Shown: positions 1 to 9,483 of the stretch, one piece after another | Position numbering within the stretch: the stretch's first letter is position 1 | Layout: each line of letters starts with the position of its first letter | NCBI GenBank assembly: GCA_039715015.1 | Contig: JBDLIE010000009.1 | Span: 11,663-75,662, forward strand | From: Thermodesulfobacteriota bacterium | GTDB lineage: Bacteria > Desulfobacterota > Desulfobulbia > Desulfobulbales > SURF-16 | Length of the DNA: 64,000 bases | Direction: 5' to 3' | Position numbers and translations under genes: made by a program | Notes under the pieces: model-generated | The model's input: the letters and a program-made list of their open reading frames with translations, nothing else | What the model was told of the DNA's origin: nothing | Database searches by the model: none

Positions 1-1
1 T

Positions 2-685
2 ATTACCAATGCCGATATTGCCAGCCGGGAAAAACTTCCAGTCTGCCAGGATACAGGGGTGGCCGTACTCTTTGTCGAGGTCGGCCAGGAACTGAGGGTG
101 GAAGGGAGTCTTGAGGATGCCATCCAGGAAGGCGTGCAGCAGGGCTACGAGGATGGATATCTCCGCAAATCCGTCTGTGATCCAATTACCAGAGTTAACA
201 CCGGCACCAATACCCCGGCAGTTGTTCATTATGAAATTGTTCCAGGTGATCAACTGAAGATATCCATGTTACCCAAGGGGTGCGGCAGTGAAAACATGAG
301 CGGCCTCACCATGCTGCCACCCTCTGCCGGGATTCAAGGTATGATTGATTTTGTGGTTGATCAGGCCGTTAAGGCAGGCCCAAATCCTTGTCCTCCCATC
401 ATTGTCGGGGTTGGCATGGGCGGTACCTTTGAAAAAGCGGCGTGCCTTGCCAAGAAAAGTTTGCTTCGACCCTTGGGAGAAAGCAGCCACCGCGATGACA
501 TTGCCGATTTAGAAAAGCAGATTCTTGCTGAAATAAATAAAGGCGGCGTTGGGGTTCAGGGCTTGGGCGGCAACCATACAGCCCTAGCCGTTCATATTGA
601 CAGTTTTCCTTCCCATATTGCCAGTCTGCCGGTGGCGGTGAATATACAATGTCATGCCCATCGTCATAAAGAGATGGTTTTGTAA
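2..685 (+). CDS. Class I (Fe-S) fumarate hydratase / tartrate dehydratase alpha subunit, 5'-truncated by the window edge
   Basis: Frame is open from base 2 (ITNADIASREKLPVCQDTGVAV). Contains CQDTG, KGCGSEN, GPNPCPP and terminal CHAHRH motifs. Confidence 0.93.
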   Translation: MTNADIASREKLPVCQDTGVAVLFVEVGQELRVEGSLEDAIQEGVQQGYEDGYLRKSVCDPITRVNTGTNTPAVVHYEIVPGDQLKISMLPKGCGSENMSGLTMLPPSAGIQGMIDFVVDQAVKAGPNPCPPIIVGVGMGGTFEKAACLAKKSLLRPLGESSHRDDIADLEKQILAEINKGGVGVQGLGGNHTALAVHIDSFPSHIASLPVAVNIQCHAHRHKEMVL

Positions 686-733
686 CCAGGATTTATGAAT
701 TCTCAATCCTTCATTCTGCCTACTTAAGAAAAA

Positions 734-1315
734 ATGTCCCTTTTACGATATCGTCCTGATTTTTTTGATAGCCTTCTAGATGTCACTTTACCCTTTGAAG
801 ATGAGGCTCTGGCTTCACTGCGGGCAGGTGATCTCATCAGCCTGACCGGTAGCCTTTATACGGGGAGGGATCAGACCCATCGCCGTTTTGAGGCGTTGCT
901 TGACAAGGGAGAGGAACTTCCCATCGATCTTAACGGCCAGCTTCTCTATTATGTGGGGCCGAGCCCTGCCAAGAAAGGCCAGGTGATTGGAGCAGCCGGA
1001 CCCACCACAAGCTACCGGATGGATAAGTATACCCCTCGCCTTCTCGAGCTTGGACTTTCCGGCACCATGGGAAAGGGGGCCCGTTCCCCCCAGGTGCGGG
1101 AAGCTATGGTCAAGTATGGAGCCATCTATCTCGCCACCTTTGGTGGTGCCGGGGCTCTCCTGTCAAAATCTATCAAGGAGGCGGAGGTTGTCGCATTTGA
1201 GGATGCGGGTCCAGAGGCACTTTTTCGATTCAGGGTAGAGCAGTTTCCTGCGGTGGTCATTAATGATAGTCAGGGGAATGATTTTTACGAAATGGTCCGC
1301 AAGGCAAAGAGTTAG
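734..1315 (+). CDS. Class I fumarate hydratase / tartrate dehydratase beta subunit
   Basis: TGRDQTH, YYVGPSP, GPTTSYRMD and GKG motifs; follows the alpha subunit. Confidence 0.93.
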   Translation: MSLLRYRPDFFDSLLDVTLPFEDEALASLRAGDLISLTGSLYTGRDQTHRRFEALLDKGEELPIDLNGQLLYYVGPSPAKKGQVIGAAGPTTSYRMDKYTPRLLELGLSGTMGKGARSPQVREAMVKYGAIYLATFGGAGALLSKSIKEAEVVAFEDAGPEALFRFRVEQFPAVVINDSQGNDFYEMVRKAKS

Positions 1316-1337
1316 AAGCGCTCTTGCATACTAGCAC

Positions 1338-1380
1338 AAAAAAAATGGCTCGAAGGAATATCCTTCGAGCCATTTTTTTT
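1338..1380. terminator. Bidirectional intrinsic terminator
   Basis: A-run-TGGCTCGAAGGA/TCCTTCGAGCCA-T-run perfect hairpin between convergent genes. Confidence 0.9.
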
Positions 1381-1400
1381 GTTTAGATTCAGGACAAATA

Positions 1401-2777
1401 TTAATTGCTGCGCATGGCCCCGAAGATGTGAGCACTTTTTAGGATCATCAACGCCTGCTTAAGCTGGTTATCCTTCTCTATAAGGTTCTTGATTTCATCA
1501 TTATCCTGTTGGGTTTTGTCTTCCGTGGCGTCTTGTTTTTCATCCTTCTCCTTGCCCTTTTTATCCTTGCCGTCAGAATTTTCATTGTTGAAATGATGGC
1601 GGAGATCTTTTTCACGAATGAATTTCGGTTTCTCTTTGCCATTTTTGGCTTCCAGCTCCTCTTCAGTGAGGAAGGCGGTGGGGACAATGAGGTCAGGGGT
1701 AATACCCGTGGCCTGAATGGAACGGCCATTGGGGGTGTAGTAACGAGCAGTGGTCAACCTGAGCCCCGCGCCGTTTGACATGGGGTGGATGGTCTGGACA
1801 GAGCCCTTGCCAAAAGACTGGGCACCAAGAACCAGGGCACGTTTATGATCCTGAAGGGCCCCGGCAACAATCTCTGAGGCGCTGGCACTTCCCTCATTTA
1901 CAAGAATAACAATGGGGAAGGTATATTTGGTGCCGTTTTTGTGGGCTGAATAGCTCAGATTGTTTTCCTTGCGGCGTGCCTTGGTGTAGACGATAAGTCC
2001 CTCATCAAGGAAGATATCTGAGATGCGGACCGCTTGATCAAGAAGACCGCCGGGGTTGTTACGCAGGTCGAGGACCAGTCCTTTCAGATCGCCATCCTTG
2101 GTAAGTTCGGCCATGGATTTTTTGAAGTCCTTGGTGGTGTTGGCCTGAAAGGAACGAATACGGGCATAGCCATATCCTGGCTCCAAAGTCTTATTTTTGA
2201 CACTAATCAGGGGGATGTTGTCACGGGTTATGGTCACCTCTTTAAGCTCTGTCCAACCTTCGCGGTGGATGGAGATGGTGACCTCTGTCCCCTTGGGGCC
2301 GCGCAGCCGTTTGACAGCGTCCATCAAGGTCATATCCTTGGTGGACTCTCCTTCGATCTTTAAGATCTTGTCTCCGGCCTTAAGCCCCTCTTTAAAGGCA
2401 GGGGTGTCATCAATAGGGCTAACCACGGTGAGGATGGAATCACGCATGGTGATTTCAATACCGATCCCTGAAAAACTCCCCTTTGTTTCAATCTGCAGAT
2501 CCTTAAAATCATCGGGGTCCATATAGGAAGAATGGGGATCCAGAGAATTCAGCATACCCTTGATCGCCCCTTCAAGAAGTTCTTTGGGCTCGACATCTTC
2601 AACGTAATTCTGCTGAATCATATGAAGAATAGCAGTGAAGGTCTCAAGGTTCTGGTAGGTGTCCTGAGTCTGGGCAATAACCCTGGAATCGCGGTCCCAG
2701 AAGGGGAGAGTTGCCACAGGCAGAAGAAGAATAACAACAAAGAGAAGACGCTTGGAAATGGAATTGCCTAATTTCAT
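1401..2777 (-). CDS. ctpA: Carboxy-terminal processing protease, S41A family
   Basis: LDPHSSY, PDZ GIGI, DLRNNPGG, SASASEIVAG (catalytic Ser), FGKGSVQ, TARYYTP; N-terminal signal/anchor. Confidence 0.95.
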   Translation of the reverse strand: MKLGNSISKRLLFVVILLLPVATLPFWDRDSRVIAQTQDTYQNLETFTAILHMIQQNYVEDVEPKELLEGAIKGMLNSLDPHSSYMDPDDFKDLQIETKGSFSGIGIEITMRDSILTVVSPIDDTPAFKEGLKAGDKILKIEGESTKDMTLMDAVKRLRGPKGTEVTISIHREGWTELKEVTITRDNIPLISVKNKTLEPGYGYARIRSFQANTTKDFKKSMAELTKDGDLKGLVLDLRNNPGGLLDQAVRISDIFLDEGLIVYTKARRKENNLSYSAHKNGTKYTFPIVILVNEGSASASEIVAGALQDHKRALVLGAQSFGKGSVQTIHPMSNGAGLRLTTARYYTPNGRSIQATGITPDLIVPTAFLTEEELEAKNGKEKPKFIREKDLRHHFNNENSDGKDKKGKEKDEKQDATEDKTQQDNDEIKNLIEKDNQLKQALMILKSAHIFGAMRSN

Positions 2778-2960
2778 GAAAAACCTAACGGTGATTTTTG
2801 CAACTTGTCAGTTGATCGGCCTTTTTAATAGGCGCCAAAATAAGAAAGACATTTTTAAATAATAACATGGATGAAAGAGGACGACAAAAGGTAATTTGTT
2901 TCGTCTACAGGGAGTGGCTCTCTTTCGGCTTTGAAAAACAATATCCCCATGTCTTGATAA

Positions 2961-4286
2961 TTAAGGCGTTTGCTGGAGACCGGAGGACAAGACAATATAA
3001 TTGGGGTCGAGCCAGGAAAGGGGATCTTCCGGCTCTGTCTTTAAGCGGATCTCAAAATGGACAGGGTGCCGAAGTTGACCGACATGGCTTGAAGCCAAAC
3101 CGATTTCATCCCCTTGACTGACACTATCACCCGGCTTGACCAGAAAGGTGGCCAGGCCACTGGTCATGGTATAGTAGCCGTCGGTGTGACTAATGATGAT
3201 CAGTTGGCCATAGCCTTTGACAAAGCCGGCGTGAACCACCTTGCCTTTAAATGTGCTGCGAATAATTGCCCCGGGTTCGATATTGAAATCCACCCCATAA
3301 GACGGTTGAGCCTCACCGGCCAGGGAGGCGGCGTTATCACCATATAGGGTAATCACCATCCCAACCACAGGCGGTGGCAACAGACCCTTTTGGCCGCCAA
3401 AACCTCGCATCCAGGCAGGTTTTCTTTTTTTGTGGGGTTCGAGGGGGAAGGTGGCGATCATCCACTCTTCCTTTTGCTTTCGAGCTACCTTTGCCTGTTT
3501 CTCAAGTTCCTCAAGTCCTGCAATAAGGGATTTTGCTGAAATCTCAAGTTCTTCGGAGGCCTGCTTGTAGAGATTTTTTTCAGCCTTAATGCGGGTGAGT
3601 ACTTGTCGGCGCTCTAGCTTGGTTTCAGCCAAGAGGCGTTGTTGTTCCTTGGTCTGGCTCATGGCCGCTTTAAGATGTATTTGTTGGGCCTCGTGGGATT
3701 TTTTGGATTGCTCAAATTCGATGAGCTTGCCCCGAAACTCTTTAATCAGAGCCTGGTCATGGCGCAGCATATGTCGATAATATTCGTGAAAATTAACGAG
3801 TTCAGGCAGGCTGGCAGATGAAAAGGTGATGTTGAGGACACCTATCTCGCCCATGCGAAAATAGGCGCCCAGCCTTTTTTCAGTTTGCTGGGCCAGGGAG
3901 TCCTTCTCCTCTTTGGTTTGATCTAGAGCTTCCTGCATTTCTTCTGTTTTTAGTTTTTCAACCTGCAGCTCATTGTAAAGGTTGACCAGCAGCGTGCTCT
4001 CTTTAATTATTTTGGCGTCTATGCCAGCAAGCTCGTTAAGGAGATCTTCTTCTTGTTGGCGGGTTTGCTCGAAATTCTCCTTTTGGGCCTCTAGTCCTTT
4101 CTGGATCCGATCCAGCATCTTTTTATGCTCGAAGAGATCTTGTTCAGCGATCCGAACTGCCTCTTCCAGGCCCATGTCATCAGTATACTCATAAGCAATG
4201 GCGGCATGACCGGTAAGCGCGATGCTATGGAATAGAGTGAAGAAAGCGGCCACCCAAAGAGGCCTCTGAATAAAACCACGAGTCAT
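2961..4286 (-). CDS. envC: Murein hydrolase activator EnvC-like (coiled coil plus degenerate M23/LytM domain)
   Basis: Signal peptide, long coiled coil, C-terminal M23 (GYGQLIII, VHFEIR) lacking the full set of Zn ligands; lies between ftsX and ctpA. Confidence 0.82.
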   Translation of the reverse strand: MTRGFIQRPLWVAAFFTLFHSIALTGHAAIAYEYTDDMGLEEAVRIAEQDLFEHKKMLDRIQKGLEAQKENFEQTRQQEEDLLNELAGIDAKIIKESTLLVNLYNELQVEKLKTEEMQEALDQTKEEKDSLAQQTEKRLGAYFRMGEIGVLNITFSSASLPELVNFHEYYRHMLRHDQALIKEFRGKLIEFEQSKKSHEAQQIHLKAAMSQTKEQQRLLAETKLERRQVLTRIKAEKNLYKQASEELEISAKSLIAGLEELEKQAKVARKQKEEWMIATFPLEPHKKRKPAWMRGFGGQKGLLPPPVVGMVITLYGDNAASLAGEAQPSYGVDFNIEPGAIIRSTFKGKVVHAGFVKGYGQLIIISHTDGYYTMTSGLATFLVKPGDSVSQGDEIGLASSHVGQLRHPVHFEIRLKTEPEDPLSWLDPNYIVLSSGLQQTP

Positions 4287-4292
4287 GAGCGC

Positions 4293-5180
4293 TTATACCT
4301 TGAGATATTTCCTGATAGAAATGAGGCTGCCGCTTGAGCAAAGAAGCAGGGAGATGAGCAGGATGGTTCCAATGTTAGCCCAGGGCAGAAAAGAAAGTTC
4401 AAAAAGATTCATGAAACCTGGGCCGGAAAAATGGTTCTTGATCCATTGAAAGAGGAAAAAGAGAGAGAGCATGCCGCTACCAGCGCCCAGCAGACCGAGC
4501 AGAAAACCTTCCACCATAACCGGACCACGGATATAGCGATCCGTGGCACCAAGAAAGCGTAGAATCTCCAACTCCTCCTGTCGCGATTCCAGGGTCAGCC
4601 GAATGGTGTATGAGACCATGAAGACAGAGGTAAGAATGAGGAGCGCCCCGCTTAAGAGAACGATGATACGCAGCAGGCTGACAAAATAACCAAAACGTTC
4701 AATCCATTGCTGTCCATACTGAACTTTGAGAGCCCCTGGCAGTGTTTCGAGATAATTGCTGAACTCTTTAATTCGGGTCAGGCTCTTTAGGTCGCTGGAG
4801 GGGTAAATTTCCACCGAGTAGGGCAGGAAAGAAGGGTCAAGATCCTCAAGGACATCACTGTCACGGCCAAGCTGTTTGCTCAGGCGGGAAAAGGCCTCTT
4901 CCCTGGAGAGAAAAATGATTTTCTCCACCTTGTCAAAATCGGTAATTTTCTTTTTGAACTCAGGACGGAAGCCGACCGGCACTTCATCCTCCAGGTAGAC
5001 AACAAGACGCAATTCATTGCCCAGGCGGCTGCTTGCCTTTTGCATATTGATATAAATCAAAAAGAAAAAGGAGAAGATGAGCACGGACAGGGTGACCGTA
5101 AAAAGGGTCATGACCTGTGAGGTCCAGCCATGGAGGGAGTTGCGGCCCAGCTGGCCGAATATAAATGATATATAGCGCAT
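4293..5180 (-). CDS. ftsX: Cell division permease FtsX
   Basis: About four TM segments; TIRLTLESRQEELEILRFLGAT and RGPVMVEG motifs; downstream of ftsE. Confidence 0.92.
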   Translation of the reverse strand: MRYISFIFGQLGRNSLHGWTSQVMTLFTVTLSVLIFSFFFLIYINMQKASSRLGNELRLVVYLEDEVPVGFRPEFKKKITDFDKVEKIIFLSREEAFSRLSKQLGRDSDVLEDLDPSFLPYSVEIYPSSDLKSLTRIKEFSNYLETLPGALKVQYGQQWIERFGYFVSLLRIIVLLSGALLILTSVFMVSYTIRLTLESRQEELEILRFLGATDRYIRGPVMVEGFLLGLLGAGSGMLSLFFLFQWIKNHFSGPGFMNLFELSFLPWANIGTILLISLLLCSSGSLISIRKYLKV

Positions 5181-5193
5181 GATGACTTATTGG

Positions 5194-5907
5194 TTAGAGG
5201 CCAAAATTAACCTTGATGATTTCCTGAAGCTTACCATTTTCCAGATTGAGCATGCGATGGTTAGACTTCTGGTAGATGGACTGGTCATGGGTGGCGATAA
5301 TAATTGTCGCCCCCTCTTCGTTCAGACGGTTGAAGAGACCCATGACAAGCTCTGTCGATGCCGGGTCGAGATTACCGGTGGGCTCATCAGCCAGAATCAA
5401 GGGAGGATTATTGGCACAGGCCCGGGCAATGGAAACCCTCTGTTGCTCTCCCCTTGAGAGTTTACCTGCCGGGGTGTGGATTTTGTCGGCCAGGCCAAGG
5501 TGAGCCAAGAGTTCCATGACTCTCTGCTTGATGACCTTGGGGTTTTCGTAGCGAACTTCCATGGCCAGGCCAATATTTTGATACACCGTCTGCTTGGCAA
5601 GGAGCTTGAAATCTTGATAAGCAACGCCAATATGTTGACGCATTTTCTGGAGATCGTGCCCGGAGAGCTTACTGATATCCTTTTTGTCCATCTCGATAAG
5701 GCCCATGGTGGGATTTTCGAGAAAGCAGAGGAGCTTAAGAAGGGTGGTCTTGCCTGCACCGCTGACCCCCGTAAGGAAAACCATCTCGCCATGCCCCACC
5801 GAGAGTGAAACCTCGTCAAGGGCCATGATGTCGGGGGGGTAGGTTTTGGTGACTTTGACAATGTCAATTAATGCCGTATCAATGGGGGGGGCTATTTCAG
5901 ATGTCAT
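5194..5907 (-). CDS. ftsE: Cell division ABC ATPase FtsE
   Basis: Walker [33 protein letters not shown]. Confidence 0.92.
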   Translation of the reverse strand: MTSEIAPPIDTALIDIVKVTKTYPPDIMALDEVSLSVGHGEMVFLTGVSGAGKTTLLKLLCFLENPTMGLIEMDKKDISKLSGHDLQKMRQHIGVAYQDFKLLAKQTVYQNIGLAMEVRYENPKVIKQRVMELLAHLGLADKIHTPAGKLSRGEQQRVSIARACANNPPLILADEPTGNLDPASTELVMGLFNRLNEEGATIIIATHDQSIYQKSNHRMLNLENGKLQEIIKVNFGL

Positions 5908-6246
5908 AAAGGGTGTTAGGTGAAAAAAAATAAGTATCGAAAGAAAGGGCTAATGCTTCTTTAACCGTTTGAGATAATGTAAAAAAACTTTAAGTGCGCC
6001 AGAATAATGACGCTCAAAGTACCGCAAACACTGAGAAGGAGTGTTAAAAAAATTGACACCGCCTTTGCGCTTATTATATACCAGATTTTAGGAATAAAAG
6101 AAAATCATTGAGTTAGCTATCTTTTTTTCCGCAAATTGGCCGGAGATCCTACAGTCTTCTTGCTGTCGATGAGATGAACTTCTGTCCTTTAGGAAGAATG
6201 AACTCTCATCAGTGATTCTAATTTTTTACACTCCAAGTACGCGACC

Positions 6247-7290
6247 ATGAGCAGCATGTCCACAGTTGAAGCAGCCCCTGCTAAAAAACCTCCCCGCAAA
6301 TCAAGATCATCTTCTTTTTGCAGCAACATCATTGGCAAAAGTCCCTCCATTTGCAAAGTTTTCTCACTTATTGAAAAGGTTCAGGATACGGATTCCACTG
6401 TTTTGATCCAAGGAGAATCCGGCACGGGCAAGGAACTCATCGCCCAAGCCCTGCATCACGGTGGTGACCGCCGGGATAAGCCTTTTGTGCCTGTGAATTG
6501 CGGTGCCATCCCTGCAGAACTTCTTGAGTCCGAGCTTTTTGGCCATGAAAAGGGGGCGTTTACCCATGCTATCCGGACCCGTATCGGTCGTTTTGAAATG
6601 GCGGATGGCGGCACGGTTTTTTTGGATGAGATCGCAGAGATGAGCCCGATTTTGCAGGTAAAATTGCTGCGGGTTTTACAGGAGAAAAAGTTCGAGCGGG
6701 TGGGAGGCACCAAAACCATCGCATCAGATTTTCGCGTCATTGCCGCCACCAATCGTGATTTGGCTGAAGAGGTAAAAAAAGGAAATTTTCGTGAGGATCT
6801 TTACTACCGGCTGACGGTCATCCCCATTGAATCTCCTCCCCTTCGTGATCGTAAAAGTGATATTCCCCTGTTGGTGGAAAAGTTTCTTGTACGTTTTTGT
6901 GCTTCAAAAAACAGGGGGATTAGCGGAGTATCTGATGAGGCCATGGAGTGTATGAAGCGCTATCAGTGGCCAGGGAATGTCCGTGAACTTGAGAACATGG
7001 TGGAGCGTATGGTTATTTTGGCCCCCGACGAACTCATAACTGTTGAGGATCTTCCTCCTCAGCTTCTTGATGCCCCTGTTCAAGCGGCCACTCCAGTTGT
7101 TTCTGAAATACCAGATACCGATTTTTGTCTCAGTGAGGTGGTTGCTGATTATGAGATGAAATTGATCATCCGGGCCTTGCAACAGACAGGCTGGGTGAAA
7201 AACAGGGCTGCCAAGCTGTTGAAGGTAAATCGCACCACCCTGCTTGAAAAGATGAAGCGGCATGGTGTGGTCAAGCCGACGGAAAATTAG
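6247..7290 (+). CDS. Sigma54-dependent activator without an N-terminal sensor domain, probable flagellar master regulator (FlrA/FleQ-like)
   Basis: [38 protein letters not shown] and a Fis-type HTH; only about 27 residues precede the AAA+ domain; heads the flagellar cluster. Confidence 0.88.
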   Translation: MSSMSTVEAAPAKKPPRKSRSSSFCSNIIGKSPSICKVFSLIEKVQDTDSTVLIQGESGTGKELIAQALHHGGDRRDKPFVPVNCGAIPAELLESELFGHEKGAFTHAIRTRIGRFEMADGGTVFLDEIAEMSPILQVKLLRVLQEKKFERVGGTKTIASDFRVIAATNRDLAEEVKKGNFREDLYYRLTVIPIESPPLRDRKSDIPLLVEKFLVRFCASKNRGISGVSDEAMECMKRYQWPGNVRELENMVERMVILAPDELITVEDLPPQLLDAPVQAATPVVSEIPDTDFCLSEVVADYEMKLIIRALQQTGWVKNRAAKLLKVNRTTLLEKMKRHGVVKPTEN

Positions 7291-7293
7291 GCC

Positions 7294-9438
7294 ATGGTTA
7301 TGATCGATGGTTCGGTTCCAGGCGTTTGTGCCCAGGGCTCTCCCTTGCTGGTCCGGCCAGGGCAGAAATCCCAGGCTGACCGCAGAGCAGTGAAGTTTTA
7401 TTTTTGTCTTGTTGTTTGTTTGCCGGTCCTGTTGCTGTTTTGCTCTAGTTCGGCTTCATGGGCCGGGTCTGATGGCCCGTCTCTTGTAACCAGCAAGGAG
7501 CAGAAGGCAAAACAGGAAAAGTTATGGCGCGAGGCCCAGGCTTTTCTTGAGGGTAAAGATAACGATCAGGCCGCGCTCTATTTCAAGCATTACTGGAAGA
7601 CCTATCCAGATTCGCCCCGTGCTGCCGAAGCCCTTTGGCAGGCGGCCCTCCTTTACAAGCAACAAGCTCTCCATGCCGAGAATCCTGACTGGTCAAAGGC
7701 AAAGGGCCTTTTTTATGCCTATATTATAGATTTTCCTGATTCGTCCCGGGTGGCTGATGCCTATTATGAGGTGGCAAATAGTTTCTTCCAGATGGGCTTC
7801 TACCGGGAGGCCCAGAATTATTACACTCTTTTACTGAAAGAATACCCTTCCTTCCACTTGAAAAGTGAAGTGATCTTTATGAGGGCCCGGGCCTATCTCT
7901 ATGTGGGGAAGTACAGCCTGGCCAGTGATGAGTTTTCCCGTCTTCAGCGCAATAAAGATAAGATGATACGGCTGCGGGGTGAAGTCGGTCAGGCTGATGT
8001 CCATTTCTTTAAAGGAGAGTGGCACAATAGTCTGGGTATTTTAAAAAGAATCCACAATCACAACCCTGATTATTATCTGGTTTATCCGAAGATCTTCAAG
8101 GATATGGGTATTGCATCGATTCGGGTTGGAAATATCCAGGAGGGCCGTGATTTTATCCTCCATTATCTTAATATCGCTGAGCAGGCCCAGTCGGATGACG
8201 AGGCCTTCTTTGAGGTGGCAGAGAGTTTTCTGCAGAAGGGTATGGTGGATGGCGCCCGTGTTTTTTATGAACGTGTGGTTGCCAGGGACGCCCGTCGCGA
8301 CAAATACGTGATTCTCAGCCAGTTTCGTCTTGCCCAGTATGGCGCTATAAATCTTGATAAGATGTCTGAAAAGGAACGCTTGGCATTTTTTAAGAAAAAT
8401 GGCGACAAACCATTCCAAAAGGTGCTGGACAGTCTCTATCGTGATCCCCTGGCCCAGGATGCTCGTTATTCCCTGTTTCAACGTTATGTTGAGCGCAAGG
8501 AGTGGGATCTTGCCTACAATCTCGGCAAATCCTATCTTCGGTACAAAACCACGGAGAAAGAACAGCTCTTGGTTGAGGACGAACTGGGCTCTATTCTCAT
8601 TGGTAAAATTTCAAAATTGCTTATTGCCAAAAAGTATCAGGAAATTCGCTCCCTGTACGAAAAAGAGTTCCCAACCATAACCGCTTATAAAAAGGCGGGC
8701 CTTCTCATGCTCATCGGTGAGGCTTATGAAGGGGACAGCCTTTACGATCAGGCCTCTGAGATTTATTACCGGGCCCTTGGTCTGGAGATAGGCGAAGAGC
8801 AGAAGGCTAAACTCTACTTCAGGCGCGCTGAAGTCTATCTTGCCAATAATGATCTTAAGTCCGCCCAAAGGCTTTTGAAGTATCTGCGGCGGCTATATCA
8901 AAACAAGCCGGCCATTGCCGAGGTTAACTGGCTTAGCGCCCGCCTTCGTCTCAAGCAGAAGCGGGCCAAAGATGCCCTGGAATTCTACAAGATGGCGGTT
9001 GAGGCCGGCGGGGAATCGAGCAAAAAAGGAGTGTATGCGGCTGATTATCTCCACCAGCTTTTTGTGCTGAACGACATGGGCAGGGTGGCTGATCTCATTG
9101 CCATGTTCCATGGGCAGCAGTGGTTACCAGACAACCAGATCCAGTTTTGGTATGGACGCCTCGGGGGAGCCCTTGTTGCAAGAGGTGAGAAAGAAAAGGC
9201 CATTACTATCTATAAAAGGTCCCTGGCGGGCGCCCTGCCTGAGACCAGTGCCGAGGCCCAGCCTATCCATCTCTATCTAGGCGACTTGCTGATGGCTAAA
9301 AAGAGCGACAAGGAGGCCCTTGGCCATTATCGCCTGGCCCAGAGCGGCAAGGACAAGAGGGTTGCCAAGCTGGCCCAGGCCCGCCTCAACGAGTATGAAA
9401 TTCGCGGCGCCATGAGCGATGTGGAGGCAATGTTGTGA
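7294..9438 (+). CDS. Large TPR-repeat exported/membrane-anchored protein in the flagellar cluster
   Basis: N-terminal hydrophobic segment and repeated TPR-like helices (YPDSPRAAEALW, FPDSSRVADAYY). Start codon uncertain. Confidence 0.8.
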   Translation: MVMIDGSVPGVCAQGSPLLVRPGQKSQADRRAVKFYFCLVVCLPVLLLFCSSSASWAGSDGPSLVTSKEQKAKQEKLWREAQAFLEGKDNDQAALYFKHYWKTYPDSPRAAEALWQAALLYKQQALHAENPDWSKAKGLFYAYIIDFPDSSRVADAYYEVANSFFQMGFYREAQNYYTLLLKEYPSFHLKSEVIFMRARAYLYVGKYSLASDEFSRLQRNKDKMIRLRGEVGQADVHFFKGEWHNSLGILKRIHNHNPDYYLVYPKIFKDMGIASIRVGNIQEGRDFILHYLNIAEQAQSDDEAFFEVAESFLQKGMVDGARVFYERVVARDARRDKYVILSQFRLAQYGAINLDKMSEKERLAFFKKNGDKPFQKVLDSLYRDPLAQDARYSLFQRYVERKEWDLAYNLGKSYLRYKTTEKEQLLVEDELGSILIGKISKLLIAKKYQEIRSLYEKEFPTITAYKKAGLLMLIGEAYEGDSLYDQASEIYYRALGLEIGEEQKAKLYFRRAEVYLANNDLKSAQRLLKYLRRLYQNKPAIAEVNWLSARLRLKQKRAKDALEFYKMAVEAGGESSKKGVYAADYLHQLFVLNDMGRVADLIAMFHGQQWLPDNQIQFWYGRLGGALVARGEKEKAITIYKRSLAGALPETSAEAQPIHLYLGDLLMAKKSDKEALGHYRLAQSGKDKRVAKLAQARLNEYEIRGAMSDVEAML

Positions 9439-9483
9439 TGCCAGAAATCAAGATTTTTTCCCCTCTGACTACTGCTGTTATCT

